From Bacteriovoracaceae bacterium (GTDB lineage: Bacteria; Bdellovibrionota; Bacteriovoracia; Bacteriovoracales; Bacteriovoracaceae): a stretch of DNA of 12,070 nt. The notes beneath the pieces were generated by a model. That model was given only the letters and a program-made list of their open reading frames with translations, was not told the origin of the DNA and did no database searches. This document shows positions 6,087 through 12,070 of this stretch, piece after piece (position 1 is the first letter of the stretch; the number at the start of each line of letters is the position of its first letter). A program made the position numbers and the translations under genes. The DNA is taken from positions 1 through 12,070 of the forward strand of contig JBMYPC010000093.1 of assembly GCA_049599895.1 (NCBI GenBank), in the 5' to 3' direction.

Positions 6087-7745
6087 TTAGAGTTTAAATT
6101 CAACTCTAAGGTTTTTATCTGTTCGGTTTACCGATAACTCTTTAAGGCCTGAATAGTTTAAATAGTTTTGCATACGAACAATTTCTTTTTCTTCTTCAGC
6201 ACGAAGAAGAACTCTTGATTTAGAATCAGTTGTGATAAATTCCACAATAGAGACTTTATCATTTTTCCCAATCAAACTATTAAATTGAAAAAGACCTTCA
6301 ATATCTGATTTACTCGAAGCCTTTTGAAGTTGTTCATAATCCTTTTTAAGCAATGTGACTTTCTTTTTGATAAGTCGGTTCACATTTTCTGGTTTCCGTC
6401 TCATTCGCGAGAGATCTGTTTTTGTTAAGCCTATAGTTGAGGCCTTACCCATATTCCTCGCTTGTTTTGTCACTTTTTTAAGCTTTGGAGAAAGGAGCAC
6501 AAAATTTTCAATGACAAGAAAAAGACATATGAGAACCGATAGCATGGCGACTCTTGTGAGAACAAAAGCCGATGAAGTGACAGGAATGTTCTGTTGAAAG
6601 TTACTTTGGTACTGTCCGTGGAGGAAATTGGCCACATGAGCTTTATTAACAAGCGAATCGATCATGAGGGCACAATTATAAAAATCATGATCAAGTTCAA
6701 TTTGACCGTGAAAATTAAAAGACTTTGTTTCTGCAAAAACAACGGGAACATTTAATTGTTGCTGAAGAAATTTCTGAATACCATCAATTTTTGAGAGTCC
6801 GCCGGTTATAATAATTCGATCGAGACCTGATGCATGTTTGACTTTATGAGAGGTTACCCAACGTCTAATTTCTTTAATTAAAGGAAAGAAATACTGAAGT
6901 AAGAGCTTTTGCAGTTGATTAGGTTCTTCACCATCAGACATTCTAAGGGTCAGCTGTGTTTCAATAATTTCCCTGACGTATGATGCGTCTTGGTTAAGAA
7001 CAGAAATAAGGAACTCTTCTAATCCCTCTCCAGCACTTAAAGATTGGTGATTGGAAACAATAGTGTTATCAATCACATGATAGGCTTTAGTTGAGCGATA
7101 ACCAAAATCCACAAAGAGTGAATGTCCTTCATCAAGAGGTGCGTTTTGAAGGGCTGACTGATAAAAGCTCATCATGGGAGCTAAAGTTGCGGCGCCGATT
7201 TCATGAAGCTGCATTTGACCATAGAATCTATCGAATTGATTGAGTTTAGCGATATAAATAATGGCCTTTGACGATTGCTTGAGTTTTGTTACATCAAGAG
7301 CAAAATGAGAGTCGTTAAGTGAAAAGGGAAGACTCGACTCAAGTTGAAAAGGAATCATCTGTTCAAGTTTTTTCTTCTGAGTCACAGGAAGTTCAAGAAA
7401 CCTTGTGGTCAACATTGCATCTGATAAGTTTATGAGGACTTTTCCATCGAATTGATAAGTGTTTCGATAATACTCAATAACATCGTGAGCTGTTCTAAAA
7501 ATTTCATCAAAAAGCTTGATGAATTCTTGTATTTTGATCGCCTTTTTTTCTTCCAGAGAAAGAGCTTGCTCAGCCTCTTCTTCATTATCGGGAATAGAGG
7601 GGAGTTCAGGTTCTTTAAAATCAGCTTTCCATTCATGATTAAGAACAGTGGTATGGGCATCGATTATGGAAAAGTTTTTTCGTTCTAGTTCGCCCAAAAC
7701 CGATTTAATCGAATATGTCCCTAAATCAATACATAAACATTTCAT
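6087..7745 (-). CDS. gspL: Type II secretion system GspL: PilM-like actin-fold cytoplasmic domain, TM segment, PilN-like periplasmic domain (552 aa)
   Basis: IDLGTYSIK, RFLELP..., IPFQLESSLPF, VDFGYRSTK, IIITGGLSKIDG, then TM VAMLSVLICLFLVIENFVLL; located after gspK. Confidence 0.8.
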   Translation of the reverse strand: MKCLCIDLGTYSIKSVLGELERKNFSIIDAHTTVLNHEWKADFKEPELPSIPDNEEEAEQALSLEEKKAIKIQEFIKLFDEIFRTAHDVIEYYRNTYQFDGKVLINLSDAMLTTRFLELPVTQKKKLEQMIPFQLESSLPFSLNDSHFALDVTKLKQSSKAIIYIAKLNQFDRFYGQMQLHEIGAATLAPMMSFYQSALQNAPLDEGHSLFVDFGYRSTKAYHVIDNTIVSNHQSLSAGEGLEEFLISVLNQDASYVREIIETQLTLRMSDGEEPNQLQKLLLQYFFPLIKEIRRWVTSHKVKHASGLDRIIITGGLSKIDGIQKFLQQQLNVPVVFAETKSFNFHGQIELDHDFYNCALMIDSLVNKAHVANFLHGQYQSNFQQNIPVTSSAFVLTRVAMLSVLICLFLVIENFVLLSPKLKKVTKQARNMGKASTIGLTKTDLSRMRRKPENVNRLIKKKVTLLKKDYEQLQKASSKSDIEGLFQFNSLIGKNDKVSIVEFITTDSKSRVLLRAEEEKEIVRMQNYLNYSGLKELSVNRTDKNLRVEFKL

Positions 7746-7849
7746 TTCAAGCCTTTACAAGAAAAGTCATACTTAAAAACACTTATTTATTTTAACTTAT
7801 TCTTTGAATTAATGCAGCCGATTATTTGACCAAGTCGTGCCGTCAAGTA

Positions 7850-9235
7850 CTAGTCTGTTCGCATTTCAATGACTCGAGGTTCAAGGAGTTCCATCGGAGT
7901 TTTCTTTTTCTCTTTATCTTTGTCGTCTTCTCCATTGCTACCGTCTTTGTCACTATCATTTTCAGAACCTGAGTCTTTATCTCCGTCTTTGTCATCTCCC
8001 TTCTTTTTCTTCTTTGGAGGCTCGGGCTTGATAGGCAGATCAACAAAGGCCACAATTTTATAATAGCCTCTTTCGTATTCACCAACTGATTCAACTTTAA
8101 AAAGCTTTCCGGCTGTTCCAACTCTAAGGCCCGCGAGTTCTAGCTCTTTCATTCGGTCTTCAAAGTCTTTCAGTGGAACAGCTCCCATCTCCTCGACGAG
8201 GACCTTTTTAAAATCTTCTTGGGTCTCAAATTCTCGAGGTTCGATTTGCTTTTCTTTGTCTCCGTCTCGAATTTTAAAAAAGTCTTCGAGTTGTTCTTTA
8301 CTAAGTGAGGGAAAAAGTTGTTTCAGTTGTTTTTTAGTCAGGTCGTTTAAAGGAATGATGCTGACTTCGTGGACTGTCAGTCTGTCTTTAATCAGTTCGA
8401 TCATAGCATCTGGCCAACCTAAAAGAAGGTGCATTTCATCGACACTTGTCATTGGGGCATGTTTTGGCTCGATATTTTGAGAAAGATATTGGGCCTCAAT
8501 TTCAGCTCTTTCTGAGTCATTAAAATCTTCAGGTCTATTGACATAAAATTTAATCTCTTTTACCAGAAGCTCTGGACGAAGATTCCCATAAAGATTATCA
8601 AACTCTTCGTCTTCTTCACGTTTTTCATCCATGGATTGTTTTAAAGCTTCTATTAGCTCTTCTTCCACGAGTTGATGAGGAAGCTTCTTTTCTCCTCCCT
8701 CTCCCTCTTCTCCTTGAGAACGAGACTCACTGTCTTCGTCTTCATCTTGACCCTGACTAGGACTTTTCTTTGGAATCCTCATATTGTTGGGATTGAGAAA
8801 GCCTGAGACTGGGGTAATCGTGACAAAAAGTTTTCCTTTGAAAATAACACTTTTTTCAAACTCTTGAAGAAGGCTTTTTTGATTGGCAGAGGCCTTTTCG
8901 GGAAGAGGAATAGGGTAAGCAAAAGGTTGAGTAATGATTCCTTCGAGCATTGAGGGCTTGAGGACACTTTTCATATCCTTATTCTTTTCTAAGAGATTAA
9001 AAGCATCTTTGTAGAGTCTAAGCTTGGCCATCGCGAAATTAAGACCACTTTCAGCATTAAGTTTTGCCTGAAGTTTGTCTTGAAGGTTATAGACTTTAAA
9101 CTTATTGAGCTCTGTTTCGAACATAAGATCACTCATAAGAAAAGACATTATGGCAATTGAGGATATCACCATGAGAAGAGCGATGCCTTTTTGAGGTGCT
9201 AATAAAAGTTTTTTAAGGAAGTCTTTATTCTTCAT
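7850..9235 (-). CDS. gspK: Type II secretion minor pseudopilin GspK (461 aa)
   Basis: Prepilin site QKG|IALLMVI lacking Glu5 (typical of GspK), QAKLNAESGL, FLNPN, KHAPMTSVDEMHLLLGW, IPLN. AAGGAG RBS; overlaps the gspJ stop. Confidence 0.88.
   Translation of the reverse strand: MKNKDFLKKLLLAPQKGIALLMVISSIAIMSFLMSDLMFETELNKFKVYNLQDKLQAKLNAESGLNFAMAKLRLYKDAFNLLEKNKDMKSVLKPSMLEGIITQPFAYPIPLPEKASANQKSLLQEFEKSVIFKGKLFVTITPVSGFLNPNNMRIPKKSPSQGQDEDEDSESRSQGEEGEGGEKKLPHQLVEEELIEALKQSMDEKREEDEEFDNLYGNLRPELLVKEIKFYVNRPEDFNDSERAEIEAQYLSQNIEPKHAPMTSVDEMHLLLGWPDAMIELIKDRLTVHEVSIIPLNDLTKKQLKQLFPSLSKEQLEDFFKIRDGDKEKQIEPREFETQEDFKKVLVEEMGAVPLKDFEDRMKELELAGLRVGTAGKLFKVESVGEYERGYYKIVAFVDLPIKPEPPKKKKKGDDKDGDKDSGSENDSDKDGSNGEDDKDKEKKKTPMELLEPRVIEMRTD
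7901..8029 (-). repeat. Low-complexity K/D/G/S tract in gspK with four imperfect DKD repeats
   Basis: Encodes KPEPPKKKKKGDDKDGDKDSGSENDSDKDGSNGEDDKDKEKKK; GTCTTT[GA]TC-like units recur on the + strand. Confidence 0.7.
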
Positions 9236-10088
9236 CAGACTCCTTTGAATTATTATTATTTGATCCTGTCTTTGTGCTCTTTATCGCATCGATATCTTTT
9301 TGTGGATCAAAATACGGCCAATTGACTCGAAAACTTCTCTGAAATTCGATCTCATTGCCATCTTGGGATATCCAGACAAGATTGACCCTGAGTAGACGAA
9401 GAGAGTTTTTCTTTTCGTTGAGTTCTCTTGGTGAACTGACAAACTTTTTTAGTTCAGTAGACCAAAATTCAAACTCAAGAGACTTAATACTTTTTAATAG
9501 AACTTGGGCCCGAACTTTATCCCAACTGTGCTCTTTGGTGTAAATATTTTCAGCGACAACTTGTCTGACGAGCTCGTATTCTCCACGGGGAATCTCATCA
9601 TCGTCAGATTCATCTTCTTTTTCTTCGGTGTCTCTTAAAGAGTAACGAATCCAAGCATAATTTGATTGTTTCGTATCCTGAATTTTTCGTTTGTTGGCAG
9701 AACTGAGAAACACAATGGAGTCCTTTGATAAAGAATCCATACTTGGGACAAGATGTCCTCTTCCGGTCATCACTGGAAACTTTTCACTAGGAGTAAAGCT
9801 TGTATTTTGTTCGAACTCATCGAGGGAGTTATTTTCTTGTTCATATAAAGAAGAGTCAATTCGCTTCAGGCCTGAATGGAAGAGCGGAGAGTAGATACTA
9901 TCGATATCAAGTTCAAGGCGATAAAAAGCAAACTCTAATGAGAGGCGATCACGGTCTTCAGAGACAACAATTTCTCTTGTCTCTGTGCTATCAGAAATCA
10001 TTGTATAAACCATTGTCATCATAAGCCCGAGAAGAGTCAGGGCAATGAGGATTTCAAGTAATGTAAAGCCTTTATTATTTTGAACCAG
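9225..10088 (-). CDS. gspJ: Type II secretion minor pseudopilin GspJ (287 aa, probable CTG start)
   Basis: The frame extends upstream of ATG 10022 as (M)VQNNKG|FTLLEILIALTLLGLMMTMVY and is bounded by an in-frame TAG at 10103-10101. CTG at 10088-10086 lies 8 nt after AGGAGG. Position is between gspI and gspK. Confidence 0.82.
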   Translation of the reverse strand: MVQNNKGFTLLEILIALTLLGLMMTMVYTMISDSTETREIVVSEDRDRLSLEFAFYRLELDIDSIYSPLFHSGLKRIDSSLYEQENNSLDEFEQNTSFTPSEKFPVMTGRGHLVPSMDSLSKDSIVFLSSANKRKIQDTKQSNYAWIRYSLRDTEEKEDESDDDEIPRGEYELVRQVVAENIYTKEHSWDKVRAQVLLKSIKSLEFEFWSTELKKFVSSPRELNEKKNSLRLLRVNLVWISQDGNEIEFQRSFRVNWPYFDPQKDIDAIKSTKTGSNNNNSKESDEE

Positions 10089-10089
10089 T

Positions 10090-10596
10090 TTAAAACCCTC
10101 CTATTTCAACTTGAGCTTCAACATTATAAAGCCAATGAGTGACATTATATTTTTCACCAGAGAGTTTTGATTCAATTTCCACATCAACCTGCCAAATAAG
10201 CTTTTCCATATTTTTGGTGACGGTTTCAGAGATTTTCTTTTCTATTGCAGAGGCAGATTTGCCTTCAGGGTCGTCCGCCTGAGTTTTTAATTTGCTAAAG
10301 TCAGGCAAGGTAAACTTTTTCCATGTGAGAGTGTAAAGATAGTCTTCCTCATCATCAAAAGATTTTTGGGTAGAGGTTGCTGTCAACGATTCATTAAATG
10401 TTGGAGGATTGACAATGAGTTCATTGACCACTTTTTGGGCAAGGGATCTCAGTTTAAGGTTTTCTGGGAAAGTTCCAGAGATTCCAACTTGAGTTCCTTG
10501 GACTTGCACAAAAACTGTGGCAAAAGTTGCAAACATTGCTAGAGCAATAACAACCTCAAGAAGACTAAAGCCCTGTTGTTTCTTTAAAAAGCTCAT
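10090..10596 (-). CDS. gspI: Type II secretion minor pseudopilin GspI (168 aa)
   Basis: MSFLKKQQG|FSLLEVVIALAMFA prepilin motif. ATG 10596-10594 overlaps the gspH TGA (ATGA coupling), so it is preferred over TTG 10611. Confidence 0.8.
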   Translation of the reverse strand: MSFLKKQQGFSLLEVVIALAMFATFATVFVQVQGTQVGISGTFPENLKLRSLAQKVVNELIVNPPTFNESLTATSTQKSFDDEEDYLYTLTWKKFTLPDFSKLKTQADDPEGKSASAIEKKISETVTKNMEKLIWQVDVEIESKLSGEKYNVTHWLYNVEAQVEIGGF

Positions 10597-11276
10597 TTTA
10601 CTTTTTTCCAATCATTAAAAAGCTCTTGAGCTTTTGAAATTCCTTGATCATAGACATCTTCAATGTCATCAAGTGGAGGATCAAAAGGGTAGCGATTGAT
10701 TTCAAAATCATAAGTGAAGGCAGGAATCGTAAGAGAAACGACTTCATCGTAATTGGCGATAAAGAGAATCGATTCATCCCTTTCACCACTTGGATAAATA
10801 TAAACAGAAGCTTCAAAGTCTGTTAAGAGATCTTCATGGAGAAGGCTTCCAACCCCTATAATCACAGAGTCTTGATTAAATTCTTTTGCCTTTTCTTTAA
10901 ATTCTGGAAGGCGGTTAAATTTTTTATTTTCTTCTTTTTGAGTTTTTTCGAATTCTTCTTGTTCTCTTTCAGTAAGATCATCACGATTTTTTTGATTGAG
11001 TGAAGAAAGAGGAATAACGTAAGAATCATCTGGCCCGTATTCGAGGGTGAATTTTTGAGGTTCATCATCCAAATAGAAATGGAGTCTGACGATGGCATTT
11101 CTCATTGCTGCTTCGTCAACTCCAAAGCGAACAGCTCGTTCAATGAGATCAGTGCTATCAAGGGCGCGGTCTCGATCAGGGCCAGCAAAAGAAAGGGCCA
11201 TACCTAGGACAAGAGAAACAAGAACTAGGGCAACGAGAATTTCAAGGAGGCTAAAACCTTTTTGCTGCTTTAGGAT
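10593..11276 (-). CDS. gspH: Type II secretion minor pseudopilin GspH (227 aa, probable ATC start)
   Basis: The frame extends upstream of ATG 11201 as (M)LKQQKG|FSLLEILVALVLVSLVLGMAL. ATC at 11276-11274 lies 5 nt after AAGGAGG. VYIYPSG matches the GspH/FimT-type F-x-P-x-G motif. Position is immediately after gspG. Confidence 0.8.
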   Translation of the reverse strand: MLKQQKGFSLLEILVALVLVSLVLGMALSFAGPDRDRALDSTDLIERAVRFGVDEAAMRNAIVRLHFYLDDEPQKFTLEYGPDDSYVIPLSSLNQKNRDDLTEREQEEFEKTQKEENKKFNRLPEFKEKAKEFNQDSVIIGVGSLLHEDLLTDFEASVYIYPSGERDESILFIANYDEVVSLTIPAFTYDFEINRYPFDPPLDDIEDVYDQGISKAQELFNDWKKVK

Positions 11277-11293
11277 CTTGGCCTCCTTGGAAA
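11240..11293 (-). promoter_or_regulatory. Predicted mRNA hairpin that sequesters the gspH Shine-Dalgarno and start codon
   Basis: Perfect 9-bp inverted repeat: + strand CAAGGAGGC at 11243-11251 and GCCTCCTTG at 11281-11289; extendable on both sides. Confidence 0.6.
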
Positions 11294-11297
11294 GGTT

Positions 11298-11768
11298 TTA
11301 TTTATTGGATTCGTATAATAAAATGTCGGCATCTTGGCCTTCGCCACCTTCTTCATTATCAGGTCCAAGAGATTTGATATTAAATCTTCGTCCATCACTT
11401 TCATAAACATAGTCATTGTCCCAAGGATCGAGTGGAACACCTAGCTCGCCATCAAGAAAACCATTTGGTGGGTACTTCTTACATTCTTTACCTGATGGCT
11501 TACTGATAAGAGCTTCAAGGCCTTGGTCTTGAGTTGGGTAGAAGTTACACTTTCTTTTGAACTCCTTAAGTTGGGTTGCCAAATTTCCCATTTGGATTTT
11601 TGCTGCCTTAACATTCCCTTCATGAAGAGAGTCTAAAACTCGACCACCAACAAATGCGACGATCCCACCTAAGAGGGTCAGTGCGACAAGAATTTCAAGA
11701 AGTGAGAAACCAGCTTCGTAGTGTCGGTTCTGCTTTTTGTTAGTTTGAGTTTTTGTTTCGAGATTCAT
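11298..11768 (-). CDS. gspG: Type II secretion major pseudopilin GspG (156 aa)
   Basis: EAG|FSLLEILV, YPTQDQGLEALISKP, VPLDPWDNDYVY, and C-terminal SLGPDNEEGGEGQDADI (Ca2+-binding loop pattern). AAAGGT RBS. Confidence 0.96.
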   Translation of the reverse strand: MNLETKTQTNKKQNRHYEAGFSLLEILVALTLLGGIVAFVGGRVLDSLHEGNVKAAKIQMGNLATQLKEFKRKCNFYPTQDQGLEALISKPSGKECKKYPPNGFLDGELGVPLDPWDNDYVYESDGRRFNIKSLGPDNEEGGEGQDADILLYESNK

Positions 11769-11794
11769 AAATCGTTACCTTTTACTTAACAGTA

Positions 11795-12070
11795 TTAACT
11801 AATTTTATTCAGTTCCATCATAGGCATGACGACCGAAAAAACAATAAGCGCCACAGCGACACCCATAAAAACAATCATAACTGGTTCTAGGAGTGAAGTG
11901 AGGCCAGAAAGTTTATTATCTACCTGTTCTTGATAATTTTCCGCGACAATTTCGAGCATGGGTTCAAGCTCACCACTAGATTCGCCGAGTTTGATCATAT
12001 GGGTCATCATTGAGGGGAATAATCCGCTTTGATTGAGAGGTCCTACAAGAGAGGCACCAGCGGCGACTTC
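11795..12070 (-). CDS. gspF: Type II secretion inner-membrane platform protein GspF, C-terminal part (5'-truncated by the window edge)
   Basis: Frame is open to the window end: EVAAGASLVGPLNQSGLFPSMMTHMIKLGESSGELEPML...LTSLLEPVMIVFMGVAVALIVFSVVMPM, a GspF/PilC signature. Confidence 0.95.
   Translation of the reverse strand, partial: EVAAGASLVGPLNQSGLFPSMMTHMIKLGESSGELEPMLEIVAENYQEQVDNKLSGLTSLLEPVMIVFMGVAVALIVFSVVMPMMELNKIS

Noticed and set aside
7827..7842. Sigma54 promoter-like CGGCACGACTTGGTCA on the minus strand upstream of gspL
   Set aside because: The -24 GGCACG matches, but the -12 element reads GGTC rather than TTGC, so the conserved GC is missing.
7901..8029. Short nucleotide repeats as a CRISPR array or contingency locus
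   Set aside because: The repeats are imperfect, in frame and explained by the DKD-rich peptide, with no repeat-spacer periodicity.
9225..11276. gspH and gspJ as pseudogenes that lost their start codons
   Set aside because: Both frames are intact and full length, with strong SDs correctly spaced to near-cognate codons, in an otherwise complete operon.
11092..11406. 104-aa plus-strand ORF and the other short alternative-frame or antisense ORFs in the track (e.g. 2547-2858, 4267-4521, 7843-8121)
   Set aside because: They lie within or opposite well-supported genes, show no recognisable motifs, and have the composition of shadow ORFs.
10593..11768. GspG-GspH fusion by stop-codon read-through (both genes share a frame, separated by one TAA)
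   Set aside because: TAA is the least leaky stop. gspH has its own perfect SD, basic leader and prepilin cleavage site, and an internal prepilin helix after a periplasmic domain would have the wrong topology.
4527..12070. Type IVa pilus or competence operon rather than T2SS, given the PilM-like protein
   Set aside because: GspG-specific motifs (YPT..QGL.AL, DPW, Ca2+ loop), a GspK-type subunit and the F-G-H-I-J-K-L-M-N order indicate a T2SS.

Overview
AT-rich bacterial chromosomal segment. Protein style and gene order suggest Bdellovibrionota (Bacteriovorax/Halobacteriovorax-like), which is an inference. The left part holds the 3' portion of a glutamate synthase large subunit (gltB, +), a convergent TetR-family regulator (-), and a divergent ihfA-like plus MerR-like gene pair (+). 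The right part (- strand) is the distal end of a type II secretion operon, gspF(partial)-G-H-I-J-K-L-M-N, followed by an IspA-like prenyltransferase. The main observation is missed by the ORF track. The minor pseudopilins GspH and GspJ have intact prepilin N-termini (G|F[ST]LLE) with no in-frame ATG/GTG/TTG upstream. They appear to start at ATC (11276) and CTG (10088), each behind a strong AGGAGG Shine-Dalgarno. Each SD can pair with the gene's own early codons, next to the upstream gene's stop codon. This suggests a translational-coupling device that sets pseudopilin stoichiometry. No RNA genes, mobile elements or CRISPR arrays were recognised.
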